Source: Cenarchaeum sp. (lineage in GTDB: Archaea > Thermoproteota > Nitrososphaeria > Nitrososphaerales > Nitrosopumilaceae). From it: a stretch of DNA of 64,000 bases. Location: assembly GCA_963692915.1 (NCBI GenBank), contig OY843584.1:1-64000 (forward strand). Reading direction: 5' to 3'. Below are positions 10,548 through 20,983 of this stretch, piece after piece (position 1 is the first letter of the stretch; each line of letters begins with the position of its first letter). A model generated the notes under the pieces. The model was not told the DNA's origin. It searched no databases and saw nothing but the letters and a program-made list of their open reading frames with translations. The translations under genes were made by a program, and so were the position numbers.

Positions 10548-11465
10548 ATGGGTGCCCTGCGCGGCGCCGACGCTCTGATCTTTGACTGCGACGGCGTGCT
10601 CGTCGACGTGTCTGCCTCGTACGACGCGACGATCGCGCTGACCGTGGGGCGCCTGCTGGGCAAGCTCGGCGCGCGAGCGCGCCTCGACGTAGACCGGCCG
10701 CTGATCGAGGGCTTCAAGGCCACCGGCGGGTTCAACGACGAGGTCGACCTGGCGTACGCGGCGGTCCTGTGCGCGGTGGCCGCCGGACTCTCGGGGCGCG
10801 GCGCGCGCGGGCTGGCCGCCGGCATGTGCGCCTCGATGGGTTCCGGCGGCATCGCGGAGGCCGAGCGCCTGCTCGCGGAGGTCGCCGACATCGCGCCGGC
10901 AGTCAGGGAGCTCGCCCACCCCGGCGCGGGGAGCGCGGTGAGCGCCGCCTTTAACAGGATCTTTTACGGCCCGCGGCTCCGCCCGCGGCTGTTCGGCGCC
11001 GGCGAGCCGCCCGGCGGGCACGGCATGGTCGAGTCTGACGCCCTGATCGTCGACGTGGCCACGGTGAGCCTGCTGCGGGGAGTCACTGGCCGCAGGCCGG
11101 CGGTGGTCACGGGCCGCGGGCGCGCCGCCTTTGAGCACACCGTCAGGGAGCCTCTCCGATCAGGGTTTGACCTCGGCGCCTCGGCGTTCCTGGAGGACGA
11201 GCCGCGCAGCCTCGCAAAGCCGGCCCCCGAGGCGCTCGTCCGGGCGATCCGCGGCCTCGGCTGCGAGCGCGCGGTCTACGTGGGCGACTCGATGGAGGAC
11301 CTGCTGATGGCCAGGGCGGCTGCGCGCTCAGGCCGCCCCGTCGCGTTCTGCGGAGTCACGGGCACCGCGGCCGACCCCGCCGCGCGGCGCCTCATGTTCG
11401 AGCGCGCCGGCGCCGAGGCGACGGTGGGCTCGGCGGCGGACGTCGCGCCGCTGCTGCGCGCATAG
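10548..11465 (+). CDS. HAD-superfamily hydrolase, copy 2
   Basis: Identical to 4344-5261. Confidence 0.85.
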   Translation: MGALRGADALIFDCDGVLVDVSASYDATIALTVGRLLGKLGARARLDVDRPLIEGFKATGGFNDEVDLAYAAVLCAVAAGLSGRGARGLAAGMCASMGSGGIAEAERLLAEVADIAPAVRELAHPGAGSAVSAAFNRIFYGPRLRPRLFGAGEPPGGHGMVESDALIVDVATVSLLRGVTGRRPAVVTGRGRAAFEHTVREPLRSGFDLGASAFLEDEPRSLAKPAPEALVRAIRGLGCERAVYVGDSMEDLLMARAAARSGRPVAFCGVTGTAADPAARRLMFERAGAEATVGSAADVAPLLRA

Positions 11466-11664
11466 GCGCAGCCTCGCCGCCTGGAGGGAGTTTCTGCCAC
11501 CCGGCGGCGATCACGCGCACGGCATATGGAGATCCTGCGGGTTTGGCGCGATTTTCCGCGCGTTTTGGCCCACACGCCCAAATGCGTGCTGCGCATGGGC
11601 GGGCATCGCGGTCAAATCGTCCATCAGGGTTATATAGTCATCCTGGGCACCCCTGTCCTGTAGA

Positions 11665-14600
11665 ATGTCCGGAAAGGCAGGCAAGGCAACAAGCGTGTTC
11701 CTAATGGCGATCATGGTCGCCGGAGGGCTGACGTTCGCCATCCCCGGCGTGCAGCCGGCGATGGCGCAGTCGACGAACGCCAACCTCTCCGTCTCGGCCG
11801 AGAGCACGGCCTTTGGCAACTACTTCTCCGGCCCGCAGGTCGTCGAGATCGTCATAGTGGATCCGGCCATAGACGAGACCAACGAGGCCAAGGGTGAGCC
11901 GGACGTAAAGCTGAACGGCAAGAAGGTCAGGATGATACAGGCGACGGACGGCAAGTGGTACGCCTACGTCGCCAACAAGGCGCAGGCCGAGCTGGCCGAC
12001 GGTACTGCCGACGCCAACCCTGGGCAGGGGCTTGACTTTGGCACCATATGCCTGGACACGGGCGACGCCGATCGCGTCCTGGAGACGGCGCTGGATGCCA
12101 ACGCTGGATACTTTTCTGACACGACGGGCGTGGCATTCCCGTTCCAGCAGGCGACCTACTCGTCAGACACCGACACGGATCCTACCCCGATCGCCACGGA
12201 TTGCACCGTCGCCGAGCAAGTCACCGCGGGGCTCAGGGCGGTGACATCGAGTGAGCTCACCGCCAGCACGACGACGATGAACGTCGTGCGCGAGCCCAGG
12301 GCGGTGAACACGAACCAAAACGCCGAGTTTGGCCAGAGCGTCGTCATCGAAAACGCCGTGACGGACGAGGCCCGCGCCGGCGTGTGGCCTTTCATACAGC
12401 TCTTCGACTTCAGCCAGGGCGGCAACGTGGAGGTCCAGTACCGCCGCGGCGGCGGCACCCAGTCGGTCACGCTCAACTACGACACCGTCGAGGACTATGC
12501 GTCCCTCTCGCTCCTGGACCGCACGACGTTCCCCGGCGGCGGCGCGCAGGTCCACTTTGAGATAACAGACACGTGGCTCGACGTCGACCCTACCGACGAG
12601 GACTCGTGGACGTGGGACGTGGAGGGTCCCGACGAGGGCAGGGTCGTCTACCAGGCCTTTGACGAGAACGGCGTGCGCCAGGACAACGCGGTGGACATAT
12701 CCGCCGAGCTCTCGGGGCTAATGTGCGACACCAACTGCCTGCTAAGGCTCGACCGCGACACCAACGGCTACGACGTCCTCGAGTACGCCGACAACGACGA
12801 CAGCGGCCTGCGCCTGTTCGGCACGGCCGACGACGCGGCGGCCGACCAGCTGATCACGGTCACCGAGACGAGCTCCTCCAGCGGCGTCTTCACGTCCTAC
12901 GACGAGAACGACAAGTCGGTCCTGGTCACCGCGTCGGATGACGCCACGACGACCGCCGTCGAGCCGCCGAGGGACACCACGGCGACCATAGACTACAACG
13001 AGACGCCCCAGAGCGTGTCCATAGGCTACGCCTTTGCGACCATACAGATCCAGCCCACCGGCGACGCTTGGCTCTCCGGCCAGGAGATACCGGTCGTCCT
13101 GACGGACGCCGACGCAAACCGCAACAGCCTGGCCGACGAGGACCTCGACGTGCTGGACGCCACCCACATCATACCGACGCTCGTGACGGGCAGCCCGATC
13201 ACCCTGGCCGGCGCCTCCGCGGTCGCCGTAGCCGCTAGCGCCCTGACCACGGCCAGCGGGACTGCGTACACCGCCTCCTCGCTGTTTGACAGCGGCGCCG
13301 GCGCGCTCACGGTGGATTCTGATGCGGCGGATCCGTCGCTTAGGGCAACGGTGGACTCTGACTCGTCGGACCCGATGCAGACCATGATCATAGACTACGG
13401 CACTGCCGCGTCACACCACTCCGCGGGCACGGTCACGACGGTCTTCAACTATGACTTTGGCAACCTCGAGTTCGCCGAAACCGTGGCCACGTCTGACCGT
13501 AACGTCGACGTCTACGCGCTGGTTGGCACGGGGGCCACGATCTTTGCATCAAACACGCACCTTGACGGCGTCACGCCGTACGTGATCGAGACCGACGCGG
13601 CGCTAAGGGGCACGGTGTTGCTGCCCGAAGCAGCGCGCACGCAGCTGGCTGGCGCAGGCACGTCGCTTGGCCTCATGGCGCAATTTGGGGCCAACGTTCC
13701 CGAGCCGGGCGATCCAGTCATACTCATCGCCGACGTCATGTCCTTCGGCTTCACCGACGACGGCGTCGAGTCCGGGGAGCGCATAGCCAACCAGGTGGTG
13801 CGCCTCGAGCTCGAGGAGAGCGGGGACAACACGGGCCTCTTTGAGGGCACGCTCGAGTACGCCATGGTCAACCAGCTCAGCATCGCCGACTCCTCGACGT
13901 ACTCGGGCCTGGCCCTCATCGACGACGAGGCCACGCTCATCGCGATCGAGGACCTCACCGACGAGGACACGCTCACGGTCACCTACAACGACCTCGGCCG
14001 CGACGGCGTCGTGACGCCCGTCTCGGACGACAAGGCAGCCCCGTCGCACTCGGGCACCGTCTCGCTGGACGCGACGAGCTACAAGATAGCCGACACGGTC
14101 ACCGTCACGCTCCGCGACGCCGACCTCAACACGAGCTCCGACACGACGGAGGTCTACACGATACCGGCCACCAAGGACTACGTCGGCATGTCCGACGCCA
14201 CGTACGACGTCGTGCACAGCTTTGGCGCGCTCGGCCGCATGGCGGACATCACGTTTGACGACTCGGAGTGGGGGGCAGGCACGTGCACGGGCCTCGGCTC
14301 GTCGGACAACGGCCTGCGCGCCACGGGCTTCACGCTCCGCGAGACGTCTGCGGCCTCGGGCGTCTTTGAGGGCGACTTCCAGATACCGTCAAGGTGGTGC
14401 GCGCCGGGCGAGGCGGCCGCCGAGTCGGTCACGGGCCTGGACATCGAGGTCAACTATGTCGACTACCGCGACGCGTCGGGCGAGATAATCGAGGTCGGCG
14501 ACGGCGCGGGCGTGCGAGCCAACACGGGCTCCGTGTCGCTTGACCGCCCTGTTTACCCTGTGCCGTTCGGCGCAGACGGGGAGGGGTCAAACTTCCAGAC

Positions 14601-16716
14601 GTACGGCATCGCGGGCAACGAGCGCGCGAGGCTCTCGGCGCACGACGTGACCGTCCACGTGCGCGTCTCGGACCCTGACTTTGACGTCTCGGCGTCCGGC
14701 TCGGACACGCTCGGCGAGACGGTTGCGCGCACGACCGGCGAGGGCGACGCGTACGGCCCGCTCAGGATATCGGTGCAGAGGGGATCCGACAATGTCGTCC
14801 TCGGCTACGCCGGCGGGCCGACGGCGCTGGGCGAGACAGTCCCGGGCGACAACCCCGCCGACGGGGACAGGCTGGTTCGCCCGCTCGCCGAGGTCTTTTC
14901 GCCCTACGCCGACAACCCGACGCGCACGATAGCGCACACTGGCGGCTCTGCGACGTACACGCAGGCCAACTCCATAGAGCACGGCCCGCTCACCGAGACG
15001 GCTCCGTCCTCGGGCACCTTTGAGCTCGACCTCGGCATATCGTGGGACCAGGGCCCGCCCTCCAGCGAGTGCCCCGGCGGCCTCGCGACGTCCACGTGCA
15101 TCCTCCAGGGCGACATCCTCGTCGTGGAGTACACCGACCCCGCCGACGCCTCGGGCAACCCGCAGACGGTGACGGACTCGGCGACCTTTGACATGCGCAA
15201 CGCGGTCCTGCGCTCGGACAAGTCCGTCTACATCATCGGCTCCGACATGATACTCACGCTCATCGAGCCCGACCTCGACCTCGACAACGACACGGCCGAG
15301 ACGTACACGCTCGACCTGATAGAGTGGGACGACGACGACTCCGTAGTGACCCTGCGCAACAACGCCTTTGACCCCGAGCCGACCTCGCTGCGCGAGACGG
15401 GCGACTCGACGGGCATCTTCCAGGTCGTAGTCGAGATACCCGCCACGCTCACCACCGACGGCGGCCGCGAGGACGACCTCGAGCGAGGAGAGGAGATAGA
15501 GCTGACCTACCAGGACTGGAGCCCCGCCGGCGCCGACTATGTCGGGCAGACCGACGAGGAGATAGAGTGGTCGATATTCACGTCGGACTTTGGCGCGACG
15601 ATCGAGCTCGACCAGGCCGTCTACACGTGGACCGACAAGGTCTTCATCACAGTAGTTGCCCCCGACCACAACTTTGACAGCAACCTCATCGACGAGATAG
15701 GCGACACGACCGAGGACCCGCTCCAGGTCTCCACGCGCGAGGGCGGCACGCTTGACAACTACCGCCTCACCGAGACGGGCACCGACACGGGCATATTCAG
15801 CGGCGAGGTCATACTCACCGGGTTCGAGCACGACGCCGACGGCGACGGCAGCACGGGCACCAGCGGCAACGACAGGCTCAACCTGCCGGCCAGGGGCAAC
15901 GGCCCGACTGACGGGATGATAGCTGCCGACGACGACGACGGCATCACGGTATCGTACGAGTACAACGACGACGAGCACGTCATAGGCTCGGCGCTCATAC
16001 GCTGGAACGTGGGCGACACGCAGTGGCTCGAGGCCAGCTATCCCGCGTCCGGCTCCGGAGTGGTCAGGGTCGTCGACCCCGACATGAACTGGAACCCCGA
16101 GGCAGTCGACAACTTTGAGGTCGACGTCTACTCGGACGCAGACGCCGGCGGCATAAACCTCACGGTCACCGAGACGCAGGAGGCCTCGGGCATCTTCGAG
16201 GGCACCGTCATCTTCACGCTCACCGACCAGTCCTCGGGCCACCGCCTCAGGGTCGCCGAGGGCGACACCGTCACGGCGCGCTATGACGACAACACCCTGC
16301 CCGACCCCTACACGCGCAACGACGAGCTAGAGGTCGAGGGCACCACGATAATCGGCACGCTCGTGCCACCGCTCGAGAGGGCCGTCGTGAGCAACGTGCG
16401 CCTGACTGACAACTCGGGCAACCCGCTGGACACCGTCGCCGTCGGCCAGCAGGTCCAGGTGACCGGCCAGGTCACGAGCGGCCAGGAGACCGAGCAGGCC
16501 TACGCCTACCTCGTGCAGGTCAACGACTCGAGCGACGTCACGCTCTCGCTCACGTGGACCAGCGGCACGCTCAACGCGGGCCAGTCCCTCACGCCGTCGA
16601 TGTCCTGGCAGCCGACTGCGGCCGGCGAGTACACGGCGACGGTCTTCGTCTGGGAGTCCATCGACAACCCCACGGCGCTCTCGCCGCAGGCAGAGCTGCC
16701 CTTCACGGTCGGCTAG
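11665..16716 (+). CDS. Thaumarchaeal S-layer protein (SlaA-like), copy 3
   Basis: Identical to 5461-10512. Confidence 0.92.
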   Translation: MSGKAGKATSVFLMAIMVAGGLTFAIPGVQPAMAQSTNANLSVSAESTAFGNYFSGPQVVEIVIVDPAIDETNEAKGEPDVKLNGKKVRMIQATDGKWYAYVANKAQAELADGTADANPGQGLDFGTICLDTGDADRVLETALDANAGYFSDTTGVAFPFQQATYSSDTDTDPTPIATDCTVAEQVTAGLRAVTSSELTASTTTMNVVREPRAVNTNQNAEFGQSVVIENAVTDEARAGVWPFIQLFDFSQGGNVEVQYRRGGGTQSVTLNYDTVEDYASLSLLDRTTFPGGGAQVHFEITDTWLDVDPTDEDSWTWDVEGPDEGRVVYQAFDENGVRQDNAVDISAELSGLMCDTNCLLRLDRDTNGYDVLEYADNDDSGLRLFGTADDAAADQLITVTETSSSSGVFTSYDENDKSVLVTASDDATTTAVEPPRDTTATIDYNETPQSVSIGYAFATIQIQPTGDAWLSGQEIPVVLTDADANRNSLADEDLDVLDATHIIPTLVTGSPITLAGASAVAVAASALTTASGTAYTASSLFDSGAGALTVDSDAADPSLRATVDSDSSDPMQTMIIDYGTAASHHSAGTVTTVFNYDFGNLEFAETVATSDRNVDVYALVGTGATIFASNTHLDGVTPYVIETDAALRGTVLLPEAARTQLAGAGTSLGLMAQFGANVPEPGDPVILIADVMSFGFTDDGVESGERIANQVVRLELEESGDNTGLFEGTLEYAMVNQLSIADSSTYSGLALIDDEATLIAIEDLTDEDTLTVTYNDLGRDGVVTPVSDDKAAPSHSGTVSLDATSYKIADTVTVTLRDADLNTSSDTTEVYTIPATKDYVGMSDATYDVVHSFGALGRMADITFDDSEWGAGTCTGLGSSDNGLRATGFTLRETSAASGVFEGDFQIPSRWCAPGEAAAESVTGLDIEVNYVDYRDASGEIIEVGDGAGVRANTGSVSLDRPVYPVPFGADGEGSNFQTYGIAGNERARLSAHDVTVHVRVSDPDFDVSASGSDTLGETVARTTGEGDAYGPLRISVQRGSDNVVLGYAGGPTALGETVPGDNPADGDRLVRPLAEVFSPYADNPTRTIAHTGGSATYTQANSIEHGPLTETAPSSGTFELDLGISWDQGPPSSECPGGLATSTCILQGDILVVEYTDPADASGNPQTVTDSATFDMRNAVLRSDKSVYIIGSDMILTLIEPDLDLDNDTAETYTLDLIEWDDDDSVVTLRNNAFDPEPTSLRETGDSTGIFQVVVEIPATLTTDGGREDDLERGEEIELTYQDWSPAGADYVGQTDEEIEWSIFTSDFGATIELDQAVYTWTDKVFITVVAPDHNFDSNLIDEIGDTTEDPLQVSTREGGTLDNYRLTETGTDTGIFSGEVILTGFEHDADGDGSTGTSGNDRLNLPARGNGPTDGMIAADDDDGITVSYEYNDDEHVIGSALIRWNVGDTQWLEASYPASGSGVVRVVDPDMNWNPEAVDNFEVDVYSDADAGGINLTVTETQEASGIFEGTVIFTLTDQSSGHRLRVAEGDTVTARYDDNTLPDPYTRNDELEVEGTTIIGTLVPPLERAVVSNVRLTDNSGNPLDTVAVGQQVQVTGQVTSGQETEQAYAYLVQVNDSSDVTLSLTWTSGTLNAGQSLTPSMSWQPTAAGEYTATVFVWESIDNPTALSPQAELPFTVG

Positions 16717-16720
16717 GCAG

Positions 16721-17680
16721 ATGCGACCACTGATCGCGTTAATCGCGATCCTTGCAATATCGACAACACCGGCACTAGCGCAACAACCAGAGTTCACAGC
16801 CAACACCGATGACAAGGTGTACGTCACGGGACAGCCACTCCTCATATACGGCAACGCAAACCCGGGAGAAGGGGTCATAGTCAGGCTATTTGCGCCTGAC
16901 GGCACAATAGCCAGATTCGACCAGGCAGACCCAAACGAGAACGGCTCGTTCAGCCACGTACTGTTAACATGGCCAACACCAACTAGTGACATGCCGTATG
17001 GCACATACACCGTCGAGGCAATAGCGTCCGGCGACAGCCAGCTAATCGACGTCACATTTGCGGCCAACACACTAGTAGCAGAGTCACCGGCCACAAGACA
17101 GATCAGCACGTCAGTCCTCGCACCAGAGTCGGCCTCCATACACGCAACAATGCGCGTCTTTGTCCAGACGACTAGTGACGGCCTCCTAGTCGCCGGAGAC
17201 CCGGCAACAATACTGCGCGCATCGCACGTTCACCTCCCTGACGGAAGCGCAGTCGCACTCGCCACACAGTTCAGAACGCTCCACCAGGGACTCTACTATG
17301 TCGACTATGAGCCAGCAAGCCTGGGCACGCACGTCTTTCACACAGTCGTCTTCCACCAGGGGACAGCCTCGCACGGCTCGGCAGTCACCAACGTTCTTGG
17401 CAGCGACATTGGGCGCATCTCCGAGCAGATAGTCGAGCTCGACCGCGTTCTAGCGCAAACGTCTGACGAGCTCGACCGCCTGCGCGGAGAGATCGGCGGC
17501 TTTGGATCCACGCTGGGAGCAGCGAGCGCAAGGATCGACGAGAGCGTCGGCTCTATGCGCTCCTCGGTCACTAGCATCGAGGGCGCCTCGCTGCAGCTAA
17601 ACTCGCTCTTTTTTCCCATAGTGGGACTAGTCGCCTTTATCGTGGCCCTGCAGCTAGTCATACTGTCTAGGTGGAGGTAG
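16721..17680 (+). CDS. Exported protein with beta-rich domains, coiled coil and C-terminal TM anchor (candidate S-layer anchor)
   Basis: Signal peptide, TDDKVYVTGQPL Ig-like start, heptad region ISEQIVELDRVLAQTSDEL, C-terminal TM FFPIVGLVAFIVALQLVIL. Starts 4 nt after the S-layer stop. Confidence 0.75.
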   Translation: MRPLIALIAILAISTTPALAQQPEFTANTDDKVYVTGQPLLIYGNANPGEGVIVRLFAPDGTIARFDQADPNENGSFSHVLLTWPTPTSDMPYGTYTVEAIASGDSQLIDVTFAANTLVAESPATRQISTSVLAPESASIHATMRVFVQTTSDGLLVAGDPATILRASHVHLPDGSAVALATQFRTLHQGLYYVDYEPASLGTHVFHTVVFHQGTASHGSAVTNVLGSDIGRISEQIVELDRVLAQTSDELDRLRGEIGGFGSTLGAASARIDESVGSMRSSVTSIEGASLQLNSLFFPIVGLVAFIVALQLVILSRWR

Positions 17681-17808
17681 GGGGGCAAAATGGGGCCTTT
17701 TTGGGAGGGGTCGTGCCTGGGCCCAGAGGATCTGGGCGGTCATGGCCTCGTTTTCACGACTGGGAAGCGTGATAAAGTATATACAGTCGTTTCGAAAAGG
17801 GGCCCGTG

Positions 17809-18306
17809 ATGAGCAAGATTACCTATCCTGATGAGACCCTAGCTGACAATGACAAGACTGTGGAGCTCCTCATACAGAAATCTGGGGGCACTCAGGAGGA
17901 GCTTGCGAAGATTAAAAAGTGGGGCAAGGATCGCAAGGCGAGAATCGATATACTGTGCAAGCTCGCCGGCCTCTTGAAGGAAAAGGGCGTTTTTAGGAGC
18001 GGCAAGGGGCAAATGAGCAGGATCGAGTCATGCTTTGCCATTCAGCACTGTGTCGCAATAGCGACAAAACACGGCCTTGAGATGGAATACAAGTTCAATG
18101 ACAACGAGTACGGCCCGTTCTCACCAGACCTCAGCATTGACCTCCACGCAGTGGAGCCCGTGGACGTGAACACTCCCACCGGCGTATTTCCCAACAAAAA
18201 GGCAGAGCTGCAGTTCCTTGAGGACATTGAGGGAAAGAGCGCCGAGGAGCTTGGCGAGTTCGCACGCTCGATCGTTATAGAAGATCGGTACCGCATTCTG
18301 GTATAG
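17809..18306 (+). CDS. Paralog family A member 1 (SocA/Panacea/YwgA-like hypothetical)
   Basis: FAIQHCVAIATKHGLEMEYKFNDNEYGPFSPDL. TATATA at 17778. Confidence 0.8.
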   Translation: MSKITYPDETLADNDKTVELLIQKSGGTQEELAKIKKWGKDRKARIDILCKLAGLLKEKGVFRSGKGQMSRIESCFAIQHCVAIATKHGLEMEYKFNDNEYGPFSPDLSIDLHAVEPVDVNTPTGVFPNKKAELQFLEDIEGKSAEELGEFARSIVIEDRYRILV

Positions 18307-18480
18307 TTCCGGGCGACCTGCCCGGCCCATTACACGTCCTGCATGCCCACAATATCGACATGTGCGGCAGTTCTCACAATTGGTCGTAACTTGGGGGACG
18401 TAGGGGGCATTGTGGGGTCTAGCTCCCACATGATGGCTCTGCGGCGTAATTCTTTTTAACGGGCCTGTTGTGGCCGTGGC

Positions 18481-19131
18481 ATGGTACCAGTGCCTGGATA
18501 TTCTACGCGCCGAGACGGCACGATCAGCAGCACTGCTAGCATGATCGCAGCTATCGTTGCGGCTCTTGCGGTTTTCGCCATGGCGCAGAAAGTTCATGAC
18601 ATGGTTACCATGAGCTACTTTCTTGGCATAGTGGCACTGCCCGTAATGCTGGCCATTCACTATATCGCGCAGAGCCTATACTCTAGGTCGCATCGCGTAA
18701 GGGAATCTGTCATGCGCGAGGAGGACGAGAAGAGCAGGAACCAGGTGGTCGCCACGATCAACCTGTGCCGCTCGCTCATTTTTGGAATGGAGGATTCTGC
18801 CAAGCCGCCGTCTGATGAGGGGCGCATGGCGACCATTCGACACATCGCCGAGAGCGTTGGCGTGATTAGTGCGCGCTATAGCCACATTCTAAGCGAGAAC
18901 GGAAGGCGGTTTGCCACAAAGGCGCGAGACTCGGCGCTGTATATGCTGGCCATCAACGACATAGTGCATGTTCGCATGAGTGACATGGCCAATGCCATTG
19001 ATGTGCTGGCAGACGAGGTTTTGGATCTGGACGATCAGCGCATGATCGACCGACGAAGGTTTGCAGCCGAGACTGAGGGCCTGCCTGAAGGCCTGCCTGA
19101 AGGCCTGCCTGAAGGCCTGCCTGAAGAATAG
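18481..19131 (+). CDS. Paralog family B member 1 (two-TM membrane protein)
   Basis: RDGTI, two hydrophobic helices, LYSR and RHI motifs shared with 22003 and 23492. Confidence 0.75.
   Translation: MVPVPGYSTRRDGTISSTASMIAAIVAALAVFAMAQKVHDMVTMSYFLGIVALPVMLAIHYIAQSLYSRSHRVRESVMREEDEKSRNQVVATINLCRSLIFGMEDSAKPPSDEGRMATIRHIAESVGVISARYSHILSENGRRFATKARDSALYMLAINDIVHVRMSDMANAIDVLADEVLDLDDQRMIDRRRFAAETEGLPEGLPEGLPEGLPEE
19078..19125 (+). repeat. 12-bp tandem repeat GGCCTGCCTGAA x4 (encodes GLPE x4)
   Basis: Read directly from the sequence. Confidence 0.95.
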
Positions 19132-19390
19132 GCCGTATTTTCGAGCGCAACCCAAAACCCTGCCAATATCCCGACACCCGACAGGTGATCGACCCATGGT
19201 GCGGAGATGATTCCCATGGGTATGGCGTCCACCCTGTTTGGCAAGCGTGCTTTTGGCGGCACGCCCGGAATCAGGTTATAATCTGGCACCACACGCACCG
19301 GCTCACTTTTCTCAAAATGCATTGAGGCGTTGACCTCATGCCACACAAAAGGGAGACCACTTAAAGGAGGGATTGTTGGAGGGTCGCCTG

Positions 19391-19897
19391 ATGCCTGCAC
19401 AAGTCCCCCGCCCAGACCCAATGCTCGCCGACAATGCCAAGACGACAGAGTTCCTCATAGAAAAGGCAGGAGACAACCGGGAAAGGATCGCCGAGATAAA
19501 AGAGTGGGGAGCAAAGCGTGAAAAGAGGATCGAAAGGCTGTGCTGCTTTGCCGGCCTCCTTGAGAAAAACGGCATCCTTTATGGCATGAGCAGGGACATG
19601 AGTAGGATAGCATTCGAGTTTGCGTTTCAGCACTGTGTCGCAATAGCGACACATTATGGCCTTGACCTGGGATACACGTTTAACGACGGCGAGTCCGGCT
19701 CCCTGGCGTCCGACCTGACCCTTGACCTTCATGTGGTGAGGCCAAGCCGATCGGGTGACGGATTGTTTGCGAGTCCGGAAGCTGAGTTGGACTTTTTGCA
19801 GCTCGTTTCCGGACATAGTCCTGCAGTGCTCGCCGAGATGGCCAGGGTTCTAGTCATCGACGACCAGCATTGCATGATCCCCTTGCCAAAGCATTAG
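19391..19897 (+). CDS. Paralog family A member 2
   Basis: PDPMLADN..EWG..FAFQHCVAIA..FNDGESG motifs. TTAAA about 30 nt upstream. Confidence 0.8.
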   Translation: MPAQVPRPDPMLADNAKTTEFLIEKAGDNRERIAEIKEWGAKREKRIERLCCFAGLLEKNGILYGMSRDMSRIAFEFAFQHCVAIATHYGLDLGYTFNDGESGSLASDLTLDLHVVRPSRSGDGLFASPEAELDFLQLVSGHSPAVLAEMARVLVIDDQHCMIPLPKH

Positions 19898-19929
19898 ATC
19901 GAAGATCACGAATCCAGCTAGAAATCTGT

Positions 19930-20058
19930 GGCGTTATTGCGGACCCGGAGAATGAGGCAAAGTTCCTAGAGACAATCAGGGGCAAGGACATCTATGAGCT
20001 CGGTCGGATGGCCAGGCTACTCGTCATCGACGAGCGGTTTCGCATGATACCGCTGTGA
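19930..20058 (+). pseudogene. C-terminal remnant of a family A paralog
   Basis: ADPENEAKFLETIRGKDIYELGRMARLLVIDERFRMIPL matches the family A C-terminus, but the N-terminal ~125 aa are missing. Left boundary is approximate. Confidence 0.75.
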
Positions 20059-20412
20059 CGCTGTATAGATCGCAGCAAAGCTAGATGATCGCAACACAAG
20101 CCTGCCATTACGGGGCATTTTGGGATCGCGTGCCTTGTACGAAAAGTAGTGGACTGGGCATGGGTGCTTGCAGGGCACAGATCAGGGAGGGCTCGCTCGG
20201 GGTTTTCCGGGGCGGGCCAGTCTCGGGTTCTGGGGGGTTACCCCCAGGCGAGTCGCGCGCGCTCGCCGGGGATCCGCCCACAATAAAGGCCAAAACTGGC
20301 CTGTATTGGCCATTACGGGCTCTATATGCCGCCCTTGGGGTGGCCTATGGGGTCTATTCGGGGTTTTACGCAATGTCAGTTTCGGGGAATATGGGAGAAA
20401 TTATGGCGCCGG

Positions 20413-20452
20413 CTAGGCGTGAGCAGAGCCCAGATTATGTCAAAGTATAAAA
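20413..20452 (+). promoter_or_regulatory. Family A promoter: CTAGGCGTGA motif plus TATA box (motif also at 21337, 22822, 24241, 24848)
   Basis: Exact 10-mer 64-67 nt upstream of five family A ATGs, with a TATA-like box about 30 nt upstream of each ATG. Confidence 0.7.
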
Positions 20453-20476
20453 CAGGATTTTGCATAGAGCTGCGTG

Positions 20477-20983
20477 ATGACTGCGCAAGTACCCCGTCCT
20501 GACCCAATGCTCGCTGACAACGCCAAGACGATAGAGTTCCTCTTGGAAAAGGCAGGAGACGACCGGGAAGAGATCGCCAAGATCGAGGAGTGGGGCGCAA
20601 AGCGTGCAAAGAGGGTCGAAAAGCTGTGCAGTTTTGCCGGATTCCTCGAAAAAAATGGCATCCTCTATGGCACGAACTGGGACATGAGCAGGATAGCCTT
20701 CGAGTTTGCCTTTCAGCACTGCGTCGCAATAGCCTCCCTGCATGGCTTTGACATGGAATACGAGTTCAACGACAGCCAGTCCGGCCCCCTGGCATCAGAC
20801 CTGACCCTTGACATTCATGCGGTAAAGCCCGCACAGTCAATAGAGGGGATCTTTGACAGCGTGGCGAACGAGGCGACATTTTTGGAGGCCGTTGCAGGCA
20901 AGAATCCTGACGAGCTCGCCGAGTTGGCCAGGCGGCTAGTCATACCCGAGGCGCATCGCATGATCATCCTGCCACAGCGATAG
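20477..20983 (+). CDS. Paralog family A member 3
   Basis: Same motifs as the other members; closest to member 2. Confidence 0.82.
   Translation: MTAQVPRPDPMLADNAKTIEFLLEKAGDDREEIAKIEEWGAKRAKRVEKLCSFAGFLEKNGILYGTNWDMSRIAFEFAFQHCVAIASLHGFDMEYEFNDSQSGPLASDLTLDIHAVKPAQSIEGIFDSVANEATFLEAVAGKNPDELAELARRLVIPEAHRMIILPQR

Larger units (their letters stand above)
1..16718. repeat. Tandem direct repeat, 6204-bp unit (HAD gene + promoter + S-layer gene); units 4311-10514 and 10515-16718, plus a partial unit 1-4310 that runs off the left edge
   Basis: Every ORF recurs at +6204 with an identical translation (5461/11665; 4146/10350). Identity ends after GGCTAGGC at 16718, where the first two copies continue CGGCTCG and the third continues AGATGCG. 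Confidence 0.97.

Noticed and set aside
16713-16718. CTAGGC at the amplification end matching the core of the family A CTAGGCGTGA box
   Set aside because: Only 6 bp, includes the TAG stop codon, and is expected by chance in GC-rich DNA.
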